DNA of 64,000 nucleotides, from the IMG/VR virus record IMGVR_UViG_3300027689_000001, positions 1 to 64,000 of that record; one strand, given 5' to 3'. Both the position numbers and the translations under genes were made by a program. Shown here piece after piece: positions 10,901 to 18,865 of the stretch. Positions within the stretch are counted from its first letter, which is position 1. The number at the start of each line of letters is the position of its first letter. The notes beneath the pieces are model-generated. The model was not told the DNA's origin. It worked only from the letters and a program-made list of their open reading frames with translations, and did no database searches. This DNA comes from a virus (taxonomy: Duplodnaviria > Caudoviricetes).

Positions 10901-12563
10901 AAGTAAACTGACCAGCAGTTCCGGATACAGCAACAGTAGCAGCAAGAGTTGCAACTGCGTATGTTAGACCCGTCAGCGTACCAGCAGTAGTCACGATCGC
11001 GGCATTATCTTCGGTTGTTAACGTGAATCCAGTAACAGCGCCAACCGAACCAGTTACAGCAGAAACCTTATAGACAGTTCCTGTCGTATAACCAGTGATT
11101 GTAGCAGTACCGCCTTTGGTACCAGTAATTCTAAGAAGATTACCAACTGCTAGAGTTGATGCACCACAAGTAAACTGACCAGCAGTTCCGGATACAGCAA
11201 CAGTTGCTGCCAGAGTTTCAACCGCAGGTGTACCAGTAATTGTAAGACGATCGCCAACTGCTAGAGTTGAGTTGCCGCAAGTAAACTGACCAGCAGTACC
11301 AGAAGTAGCAACAGTCGCTGCCAGAACTCCTGCTGTTGTAATACTACTAAATGTCTTACTAGTTTCTCCGACTATCGCCTTTATTTGCCCATCAGCAACT
11401 AGAGCAACGGCGGAAGCACCAGCACCTGGAACTTTCAAAGGAGAATTTTTAGGTAGTGATACGTTTAATTCGTAAATTGCTGGTGAAGTATACGCCAGTT
11501 TCTTTACGCTGGTTACCGTTGTTTCGATAGTCTTTGGGAAAGTCTGAACACCAGTATTTTCGTAATAAACTAAATTACAAATCTTACCATATAGGGTGAA
11601 TGGATCAACTCCCGCATATGTTAGACCTGTTAACGTACCCGCAGTAGTTACGAGTGCGGTATTAGATTGAGTAGTTAGAGTAAATCCAGTTACATTTGGT
11701 GAGGTACCAGTTATAGCAGAAACTTTATATGTGGTTCCTGATGTGTATCCAGTAATAGTGCCTGTACCTCCACGTGTACCAGTAATTACAAGAGTATCAC
11801 CAACTGCTAGAGTTGAGTTGCCGCAAGTAAACTGACCAGCAGTTCCGGAGACAGCAACAGGCGCTACTAGATTTACATCTGGACCAAGAATTCTAATTAC
11901 AACGTCTTCTATCCAAACACCATCAGATGCTTTTAAGATGTGAGTTGAGGGGTAAAAGAATTCTACCGTCTCATCATAAAGAATCTTGAACAGAAGTTCG
12001 ATAGAATTTTCTGCACCCTTAGATTCATAAAAATCACTGATTAATTTTACAAGTCTACGCTGATTAACGAGGACATTCTTCGGAATGTCTACTGCGTATT
12101 GTTTTCTAAACTGATCAATGAATGCTTCTAATGTTTTGTCAATGTCAGAATAATCTCTGGCATTTAATAGAAAATTATTTACTTCCCCTGATTGGTCAAG
12201 GAAACGGTAATAACCTTCTAGAAAAGTTACGAACCCTGCATATTCATTTTGAACAAATTCAGGGAGTTGTTCCTGAATAAGAAATTCTAATTTGTTTTTG
12301 TATGGAAGGTCACCAATAATCGCGACAATAGTAGCGCCCGTCCCACCACCGCCTACAACAGTAACTACAGGTGGAGTGGAGTAACCAGATCCCTGATTAG
12401 TAATAGTTATTGCAGTAATTTTACCACCAACAACAGTTGCTTCTGCAGTTGCACCAATACCACCACCACCATCAATATCAATAGTTGGTGTGGTGTAATT
12501 ACTCCCACCCGAGTTTATGGTAAACCCAATAACAACTTTCTCGTATGATGGTATTAAACTCAT
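7989..12563 (-). CDS. gp7: Baseplate wedge initiator gp7-like, 1524 aa with repeat insertions
   Basis: QLPEFVQNEY..FVTFLEGYY, FYESKGAENSIELLFKILY, LQDNLYYQNYSYVIKS, VHPAGMAVFG; lies between gp6 and gp8. Confidence 0.85.
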   Translation of the reverse strand: MSLIPSYEKVVIGFTINSGGSNYTTPTIDIDGGGGIGATAEATVVGGKITAITITNQGSGYSTPPVVTVVGGGGTGATIVAIIGDLPYKNKLEFLIQEQLPEFVQNEYAGFVTFLEGYYRFLDQSGEVNNFLLNARDYSDIDKTLEAFIDQFRKQYAVDIPKNVLVNQRRLVKLISDFYESKGAENSIELLFKILYDETVEFFYPSTHILKASDGVWIEDVVIRILGPDVNLVAPVAVSGTAGQFTCGNSTLAVGDTLVITGTRGGTGTITGYTSGTTYKVSAITGTSPNVTGFTLTTQSNTALVTTAGTLTGLTYAGVDPFTLYGKICNLVYYENTGVQTFPKTIETTVTSVKKLAYTSPAIYELNVSLPKNSPLKVPGAGASAVALVADGQIKAIVGETSKTFSSITTAGVLAATVATSGTAGQFTCGNSTLAVGDRLTITGTPAVETLAATVAVSGTAGQFTCGASTLAVGNLLRITGTKGGTATITGYTTGTVYKVSAVTGSVGAVTGFTLTTEDNAAIVTTAGTLTGLTYAVATLAATVAVSGTAGQFTCGASTLAVGDLMTIAGTPTVGTLAATVATSGTAGQFTCGNSTLAVGDRVTITGTRAGTGTITGYTTGTKYRVSAVTGTSPNVTGFTLTTEANAAIVTTAGTLTGLTYVTTGTITGYESGTTYKVSAVTGTSPNVTGFTLTTQSNAAIVTATGKLTGLTYTTTGTINGYTTGTTYRVSSVTGTSPNVTGFTLTTQSNVPVITTAGKLTGLTYATATGIDLTNNTIKISSHGYSTGDVVIYDKDGGTIVTGLTNYDTYFVIAVDVNTIKLAASAGNATLGTAVDLTVVGSGSHILYAPVTDGGSGYFAAPVITLDPNSTVGLGAVLRANIVDGSVSSITVVEGGSGYVENQEDIQVIFSTDSVRTKIFLSTNSTTVYGFVIRQLSTVEVVSCEGEGVDGDCGFRVGQIYQIDEQSTVGPYVIDPPMSAVSGGLISAIAANPTDYGTYDAGRFNDGVDEPFFDPSYTLVGRDNRASVRISSIDETGCVTAVTIFNTGFDFEQEEFEATITSPNGCEAVLAFTTGAVLVKTGRFKDSRGMLSNINKLQDNLYYQNYSYVIKSGVTSNTWLPLINKTVHPAGMAVFGELLITQTIDMVDYIGVLEILVLNELFIDVIVLNDTTRSVHFYKVLTDTVTKSDVTTSHVYKVLSDSVTLSDATELLFDVGIYNPADDTTSMVDSFARVVQYVRVFNEAFYTSETTVVGFGKTLVEDPVWVTRDFWAVPDYSGVEFAWDPEETIEVDFAKVLADAATASEANVFAVSKVITPSYVTPFDNASALYGTTFDITSGGGVYTMTISINSEGVITIVSGFGMPFGYYVSVGGTTFEHIAGEDAVIATESFGRTVEYYRTFTESVISNEYANAGIEKPQAEVVTAAENSTNHLYKYLNDSVTSTDLVGVIPYLVKTDNAGATELLIVANDAETIESIAATEQSLINILKGLFETVTVTESGIVNIQDYVEGAFGSDFVGQATYF
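10265..11865 (-). repeat. Five module copies in gp7: one stand-alone and four in a nested arrangement
   Basis: Order in the protein: full copy, then N-half, full, N-half, full, C-half, C-half. Confidence 0.9.
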
Positions 12564-14470
12564 TATGTTGTAACCGTTACCTGGAGACCTGAAGTAATAT
12601 TCGCGGCGGCATTCGCACTACTTAGATCCAATTTTAGCAAAGAGTTTCTGGAAATAGTAGGAATAATTGCACTAGTATAATCTTCGAGAGTGCGTGTTAG
12701 AATCTTTGTGGTAATATCCGCTGTAACATTTTGTGGTTTGACGTAAATTCTAAATTCAGTTGCGCCACCCAAAAGAGAGATAAAAAAGCATGACGGTACA
12801 AGTATCTTACCAGTACCATATTCTATTGTCCCAAAACTAGAAGACAGAACTATATCAGTCCCAATTTGTTTCAGGTAAATTTTTCCAGTTCCTAGTGGAT
12901 CGGGTGGAGATTGATCGGGAACGTCCACCATATATACATCATAATATGCACTGTTTAAGAATGTGTTAAAATATGTCGAATGTAAACTATTTGGTAGTAG
13001 AGATTGCCCAAAATTAGGATCCAACCTAAACGCAATTTGATCTGTTACAACACCAGTAAACCGTTTATGTAAAGTTAGATCAATCTTATTCGTAATAATC
13101 GAATTAGAAGTATCCATAATATCTGCGCTCAATTTTGAATAGTAGAAATCTTTTCCAAGTTTATTCAAATTGAGATCAAAGTGCGAAATAATATTTGTTC
13201 TTATTCGAGTAGCAAGTTCGGTTGAAGTCTCTAAAGATTGCTTCTGATCATATTTAGTTGTCGAATCAACACTGATAAATGTATATTCAGGATCAACGAA
13301 AATAGGTTGAATCGAGACTACACTTTTTGGTGCAAGAATATCTCTCGAAATTGTGTCTTTGTCAGACTCTGTAATAACAGTTCCCGCAACTGGATCTAGG
13401 CAGATAAACACTCTACCATAAATGGGAGGATCATTTATCTCACCGCCCCATACAGAAATAGAATTGATTCCAGGAAAACTTCTTTTGATAAGAGTTGCAT
13501 AATCATCAGAAGTTACTGCACGATCCCTCGTTGTATTGAATTTGGGAGCATAGAATTTAATACTATCGATGCTCTCTGCTGGTGATCCACCAGAAGCACG
13601 TGTGATTGTTGTTATTGTTTTGGTTTCTGTCGACCCAGTAAGAGTAGTATTCATTGAAAAATTAGAGAGATTATTTGCGCCATCTGCAGAACCAACAAAA
13701 TATTCTACAGTAACGATATTACCATATTCTAATTGTTTACCCAGAATATTATCACCAAACACAATTTGATATAGACCATCATAACCTAGTTCGATCCAAA
13801 AAACACTACTGTTGTTTTCGATGTTAAGGTATGTGTCTGAATAATTAAATGTGGTAGTGGTTTCGTCATTTTGAACAGAAACTGTAACCGTCGTAATATC
13901 AACATTCTTATTTGGAATGGTAAATGGTCCAGAGAGATTGGTTGTATCTACAAGAAATTCATTCGAAACCCGATTACCTTCAATTAGTTTGACATCATTG
14001 AATGTAAATGTTTTAATTGCTCCAACTTCATCAGATACAACAGCAGTATAATCGTCGTCTGGTCTAAATGAAAATATACCAGATGGGGATAAGTCTGTGG
14101 GGATTCCCGTCGCAGTAAAGGTGGCGTTTTTAGATAAAAGAAGAGAATCAGGACCATAGTTTGCAACAGCAGTTATCTCAAGATCGATTACCGCTCTTGC
14201 ACAATGCTGAGAATTGGGTAAGTATCCCATCGACTTTGCAATAGATACAACAGAAGATCTCTTCAATGCACTATCGAGAAACATTTCATTCGCAAGAAGA
14301 TGCGCAAGCGTAGCATTGTAGTGCGTATTATATGCAAGAACATCGAGGAGAACTGACATAGCAGATCCCTCGAAATTATAATCTGAAAATTGATCCTGAG
14401 AAGCAAGATATTCTTTCAGGTTTTGCTTGATTCCCACAAAATCAAGTTCTGTTACTCTAAGTTCTGCCAT
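12563..14470 (-). CDS. gp6: Baseplate wedge subunit gp6
   Basis: ELDFVGIKQNLKEYL, DYNFEGSAMSVLLDVLAYNTHY, NEMFLDSA, RAVTSDDY, WGGEINDPPIYGRVFI. Confidence 0.95.
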   Translation of the reverse strand: MAELRVTELDFVGIKQNLKEYLASQDQFSDYNFEGSAMSVLLDVLAYNTHYNATLAHLLANEMFLDSALKRSSVVSIAKSMGYLPNSQHCARAVIDLEITAVANYGPDSLLLSKNATFTATGIPTDLSPSGIFSFRPDDDYTAVVSDEVGAIKTFTFNDVKLIEGNRVSNEFLVDTTNLSGPFTIPNKNVDITTVTVSVQNDETTTTFNYSDTYLNIENNSSVFWIELGYDGLYQIVFGDNILGKQLEYGNIVTVEYFVGSADGANNLSNFSMNTTLTGSTETKTITTITRASGGSPAESIDSIKFYAPKFNTTRDRAVTSDDYATLIKRSFPGINSISVWGGEINDPPIYGRVFICLDPVAGTVITESDKDTISRDILAPKSVVSIQPIFVDPEYTFISVDSTTKYDQKQSLETSTELATRIRTNIISHFDLNLNKLGKDFYYSKLSADIMDTSNSIITNKIDLTLHKRFTGVVTDQIAFRLDPNFGQSLLPNSLHSTYFNTFLNSAYYDVYMVDVPDQSPPDPLGTGKIYLKQIGTDIVLSSSFGTIEYGTGKILVPSCFFISLLGGATEFRIYVKPQNVTADITTKILTRTLEDYTSAIIPTISRNSLLKLDLSSANAAANITSGLQVTVTT

Positions 14471-14860
14471 TTAGCGAGCTCTCTTTAAGAATGTTGAATA
14501 GGTAACTGGACCTGGAGTACCAACTACATAGAATCTGATGTTTATATCATATTGATTAAGGTCGAAATTTGGTGACACTTCAACCATTTGAAGATTGCAT
14601 CTAGGTTCAAACTGTTTGATTAGAAGTGTTATTTGCGATTCTAACATATTCGCAGTAATAAGATCCATAGGTTCAAACAACATCTTATAAATCGGAGAAC
14701 CAAGAATATAGTTGAACGGTCTTTCTCCGTTGGAAGTTAACAACAATATTCTAAGCGATTGCTTAACTGAATTGATGTCAAACTTCATCCCCACATCACC
14801 CGTTCCAGGATGTGGAGTAAAGGAAAGATCTAAATCTTTGTATATTCTGACTGTCTTCAT
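14471..14860 (-). CDS. gp25: Baseplate wedge subunit gp25
   Basis: YKDLDLSF, GERPFN..LGS, FEPR motifs. Confidence 0.9.
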   Translation of the reverse strand: MKTVRIYKDLDLSFTPHPGTGDVGMKFDINSVKQSLRILLLTSNGERPFNYILGSPIYKMLFEPMDLITANMLESQITLLIKQFEPRCNLQMVEVSPNFDLNQYDINIRFYVVGTPGPVTYSTFLKRAR

Positions 14861-14866
14861 AATACT

Positions 14867-14874
14867 TATTTATA
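14867..14874 (-). promoter_or_regulatory. T4-type late promoter TATAAATA
   Basis: Exact TATAAATA on the minus strand, just upstream of the gp25 start. Confidence 0.75.
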
Positions 14875-14881
14875 TGCCTTT

Positions 14882-17800
14882 TTAGTATTTTTTGAAAGTT
14901 CCAGGTGCCGAAACACGTTTATGATTATACATGGTAAAGTGCAGATATCTGTTGCCTTTTTCTTTAAACGAGATATGAATCCAATGTCCGCCAGATGGTA
15001 GATACTCGAGAAGAAGTTGGTCATATGGAACGTTCTTGACAATCCACGGGACGATTACATCGTGGTATTGACCTTTTGTTATTCCATTGAATTTCATGTC
15101 CACTGCCTGCCCAAGCATATGCTGTGAAGTCGTAGAACCACCAGATGGAATATAATCTCTAAATCCTGACGTGAAATACATTCCAGGGAACTTAGTTTTG
15201 ATTGGATCCAAGCAGTTTACTGCCAAGCAGCGCATGTTTGCAATCATGTCTGCTTTACTGAATCCACCATAATTTCGTAGTTTACCCTTTACCATAACGT
15301 CTTTCAGAGTAAACTTATCAGAGATTTTCATTCCATAGTTAATACCATTTGAGATGTTAATATCTGGAAGTTTTACGCCAGACTTGGTTACATTACATGC
15401 AGTAGGTGCAACCCTTCCACTTACTAAATTACTAGATCCTTCTTCTCCTGGAATCGCACTATCTTCAATACCAGCAGCGTTTCTATCTGCAATGCCATCT
15501 TCGCCATCATAATCCATACCCTTTGCTTCTTCTGGAGAAACACCACCATTACCACCAACAAATTCTGGTTCGCTTGGATTCATCGGTGAAACTGGATCTG
15601 CGACAATAGTAATATCAGGAGGAGTCCCATCTGATGCTGTTACTGCAGAACCTGCGCTTCCAGGACTTACTGTAATGACCACACCATCAACATTGGTAGC
15701 ACCACCACCCTTGACGTTCATAGTAGAACCTGCTTGGATATTTGTCGTATCAGATGCTTTGATGTTTGTCTCTGCGCCGTAAACATTCGCCTTCGCATCG
15801 GTCTTAATGTTAATATCAGAGGACGCATCGATATTAATTTTACCATTTGAGAGGATATCAACGCTTGTTGCAGAACCAAGTCTATATGATTTAGAAGTTG
15901 CTGAATCAATATCGCCACTCACATCCATCGAATAATCGCCATCGACGCGAGTGGCGAAAGTTCCTTTGACCGCAAGGTTCATATTCCCGCCGACTTTCCA
16001 GTCGACGTTTCCGTGTGTGTCAATATTTGTATTACCCCCAACTGTAAGATTACAGTTGTTTGCCACGTAAATATTACAACTACCACCAACGTGAACATTT
16101 GCCTTACCCTCGATGGTAATAACACCATTGCGATCGATAACTGTATAACCGTCACCGATAATTTTATTTACCTGTGAACCATCTGGGCGCATTTCTAGAA
16201 ATGACCCTGATTTGTGGTTTAACGAAACACGTTCTGCATTTGGAGTATCATCGAATTCCATAGTGTGTCCAGATTCACTCTGGTAGGTATGGTTGTATGG
16301 ATACTCAGCAGCAAAGGCAGATTTCGGTTGAGAAACAGATTCTCCTGTTCGACCAGCAATAGGTTTCGAAGTGGTTCTCTGCGCATCATGCTGTCCATGG
16401 ATCGTTTGATCCTGTGGTAGTGCTTTAGTTTCTCCTGGATTTTTTCCAACCGCAAGTGCATTAACGTCACCATTACCTGCTTCGAGATATTCCCGCTTAG
16501 GATAAACGTTATTTGGATCGTTAAATCCAATACGAGGATTGTTATCTCTTAATCCATCGTTCGTCGGCAGATTAGCAACAGTTGGTTTTGCCTGAGCAAG
16601 TGTTGCAGGATTTGGCGCAGAGATTGTTGGAGATCCAGGTTTTGCGTCCAAGAGTTCGTTAAATAATTTGTTCGCAGAAAACCCAACACCAAAGAAGTCG
16701 TTGGAGGTTTTCCCGTTAGAACTTGTCTTAATTAATCCATTGGCAAACTTAATCGCTGTGTCAATTCCTTGTCCATTAGCAACTGACAACATTCCTAAGA
16801 TAACATCTTTGGGAGAGTCTAATGAAATCGCCTTTGAAGATAGAAGGGATTTAATATTTCTATCAAGCAGAGAAACCATTGCATTGTTTTGCGCGAATGG
16901 ATCGTTTAGAAAACCGCTTCCACCTCCGCCAAGATTAGTAATCTGTTCGATGTGAGTATCATCGATAATTTCTGCGATTTCTTTTTCGTGTGTGTCTATC
17001 AACGAAGTAACTGTAGACACTGCAGTTGTCATGTTTAAAATAGTAGGTTCTTGTCTGAATGGGTCAAAAGAAACATCTATTGCTTCATTCACCGCAGATG
17101 TTTTTACATCAATCTGTTTGGAAACCAATTCAAATGCAACCTTAGTCGCGGATGGAAGTTTAACTGAATCGGTAATTAATGCAGTAGCAGATTTTACAGC
17201 AGACGAAGTAAGTGTCTTTGTTATGGTCTTGACCATTTTATTGGTAGTGCTTGATACTTCGTTATCGCCTGTTGCTGATGTCGTCAAGGCGATCTTAGTC
17301 GTAAGACCAGACACTTCTTTAGAAAGAGTGTTTTTAACAGAAGAAACTGCAGAACTAACTGAACCATTTGCAGCATTCACGACTTTGAGAGCAGTTTCTG
17401 CTGCACTACCTGTTTTTGCTGTCCAAATTTTTGGATCCGCAAGAGCAGCAAAGTTTAAATTATTACCAACGTTACCAATGTTCGTTGGAATCGGAAGTCC
17501 CAATTTATTAAGAGCATCAAGCGCAAAGTTTTTACCGAGATTTTTACCAATCAATCCACCAAGACCAAACTTCGCGAGAGAATCAGATGCCTGTGCTCTA
17601 ACCCAAGTTTTCTTTGTCAGTATTGAAATACTAGGAATATTCTTTTTGATATTCTCTAATGTTTTTTCGACAGCATTAGGTGCCACAGCACCGACAGTTT
17701 GTAATGCCTCTAAATTAAATCCGTATGCCCCAATCTTACCGCTATCTGAAATTGTAGAATGTGATCCACCACCAACGTCTTGTGCGATGGATCCCATCAA

Positions 17801-17890
17801 TTGCTTGACTTCGGTAGCGGAAAGAACCTTACTTATTTTGGTATTATCTAGAATTTTAGATAAATCTTGATCACGCAAAATATTCAGCAT
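14882..17890 (-). CDS. gp5: gp5 C-terminal part: spike beta-helix region plus C-terminal peptidase M15 domain
   Basis: YPYNHTYQSESGHTMEFDDTPNAER..HKSGSFLE, VxGxxxxx beta-helix repeats, then TSGFRD..SQHMLGQAVD..WIHISF (M15 zinc ligands). Confidence 0.8.
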   Translation of the reverse strand: MLNILRDQDLSKILDNTKISKVLSATEVKQLMGSIAQDVGGGSHSTISDSGKIGAYGFNLEALQTVGAVAPNAVEKTLENIKKNIPSISILTKKTWVRAQASDSLAKFGLGGLIGKNLGKNFALDALNKLGLPIPTNIGNVGNNLNFAALADPKIWTAKTGSAAETALKVVNAANGSVSSAVSSVKNTLSKEVSGLTTKIALTTSATGDNEVSSTTNKMVKTITKTLTSSAVKSATALITDSVKLPSATKVAFELVSKQIDVKTSAVNEAIDVSFDPFRQEPTILNMTTAVSTVTSLIDTHEKEIAEIIDDTHIEQITNLGGGGSGFLNDPFAQNNAMVSLLDRNIKSLLSSKAISLDSPKDVILGMLSVANGQGIDTAIKFANGLIKTSSNGKTSNDFFGVGFSANKLFNELLDAKPGSPTISAPNPATLAQAKPTVANLPTNDGLRDNNPRIGFNDPNNVYPKREYLEAGNGDVNALAVGKNPGETKALPQDQTIHGQHDAQRTTSKPIAGRTGESVSQPKSAFAAEYPYNHTYQSESGHTMEFDDTPNAERVSLNHKSGSFLEMRPDGSQVNKIIGDGYTVIDRNGVITIEGKANVHVGGSCNIYVANNCNLTVGGNTNIDTHGNVDWKVGGNMNLAVKGTFATRVDGDYSMDVSGDIDSATSKSYRLGSATSVDILSNGKINIDASSDINIKTDAKANVYGAETNIKASDTTNIQAGSTMNVKGGGATNVDGVVITVSPGSAGSAVTASDGTPPDITIVADPVSPMNPSEPEFVGGNGGVSPEEAKGMDYDGEDGIADRNAAGIEDSAIPGEEGSSNLVSGRVAPTACNVTKSGVKLPDINISNGINYGMKISDKFTLKDVMVKGKLRNYGGFSKADMIANMRCLAVNCLDPIKTKFPGMYFTSGFRDYIPSGGSTTSQHMLGQAVDMKFNGITKGQYHDVIVPWIVKNVPYDQLLLEYLPSGGHWIHISFKEKGNRYLHFTMYNHKRVSAPGTFKKY

Positions 17891-17957
17891 TAGATATCGT
17901 TCCTGCTCTTAGTGGTCAGAATTATATTTTTGTAAACCATATTTTTGTAAATTTACG

Positions 17958-18857
17958 TTACGCTGTCAACGTACCGCCTCCCTGTGTGAAATAGGATTTA
18001 ATTGCTGCAAGACTCTTTCCACCTTGATTATAATTATTTCCAGGCAAACTTGCCCAAATACGTGTTGCACGTCTTGTAGCTTCAGTTATGTTACCTTTCT
18101 TTACATAATCCAATGCACCGCACTGCTTCAGTAGTTGTACTGCTGCTAGATCTTGACTAGCAGGACTAAAATCTCGGAGTTTAAGTTTTCTTGCCAATTC
18201 ATCCCAAGTTGAAGTTAAGAATTGATATGCTCCTGCCGCAGTCGAGTAAATTGTTCTACCACGCACTGTTGCGCTGTTTGTAATTCTAGGATGATCTGCA
18301 AAACTGGTAAACAGTTTACCTGTAAACATTAGGTTATACCCATTCGCTCCAGCAGTTCCTTCGCAGTTTCTAATAGTCCACAAGAACGATGCAATATTAT
18401 CTTGTTCAACATTTCCAGTTTTTGTAGGAGGAGTACCATTAGATGGCGGAATACTATAATCACCCCTACCATCAGCACCACCAGAGGTAGGTGAGTTACC
18501 AGATCCATCTCCACCACTACCACCACCACTGCCGTTACTTTCAGGGACAGCGTTAATTGTTCCCAAAAATGCAGGTTGCTGTCCTTCTGCTCCGTCCATA
18601 AAGAATCCAAAAACCCATGTACCTTCTACTGGACCAGTTGGCGACCAACCTATTCCAGAAGTGCTGGCACTATTTGCTGGCATAATTGGCATCGCCCACG
18701 GAAGATCATCAGTTGGTAACTGTTCTTTGTCATCTGTATGATAACCAAGAATTCGTAGTTTTACTCGACCAAGACGTAAAGGATCATCACGATCCTCGAC
18801 ACATCCGAAGAACCAATAGAAGTTTGAATCATTATTTGAAAAGAAATTATCTGTCAT
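17958..18857 (-). CDS. gp5: gp5 N-terminal OB-fold fused to a lambda-R-type (GH104) lysozyme/transglycosylase
   Basis: WFFGCVEDRDDPLRLGRVKLRILGYH..LPWA..GTWVFGFFMDG; Gly/Ser linker; IRNCEGT, SFADHP, STAAGAYQFL, DFSPASQD, IWASLPG. Confidence 0.85.
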   Translation of the reverse strand: MTDNFFSNNDSNFYWFFGCVEDRDDPLRLGRVKLRILGYHTDDKEQLPTDDLPWAMPIMPANSASTSGIGWSPTGPVEGTWVFGFFMDGAEGQQPAFLGTINAVPESNGSGGGSGGDGSGNSPTSGGADGRGDYSIPPSNGTPPTKTGNVEQDNIASFLWTIRNCEGTAGANGYNLMFTGKLFTSFADHPRITNSATVRGRTIYSTAAGAYQFLTSTWDELARKLKLRDFSPASQDLAAVQLLKQCGALDYVKKGNITEATRRATRIWASLPGNNYNQGGKSLAAIKSYFTQGGGTLTA

Positions 18858-18865
18858 TTTTTATC

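Noticed and set aside
3090-11865. CRISPR array or diversity-generating retroelement
   Set aside because: The repeats are in-frame coding modules without unique spacers, the differences I compared are not confined to adenines, and no reverse transcriptase or cas gene is in the window.
16992-17870. 292-aa plus-strand ORF and the many other antisense ORFs in the track
   Set aside because: They are shadows of well-supported genes on the opposite strand and have no recognisable motifs.
17891-17957. Intron, translational hop or stop read-through joining the gp5 halves
   Set aside because: The gap is 67 nt and out of frame, contains further stops, shows no intron-like structure, and the downstream gene has its own RBS.
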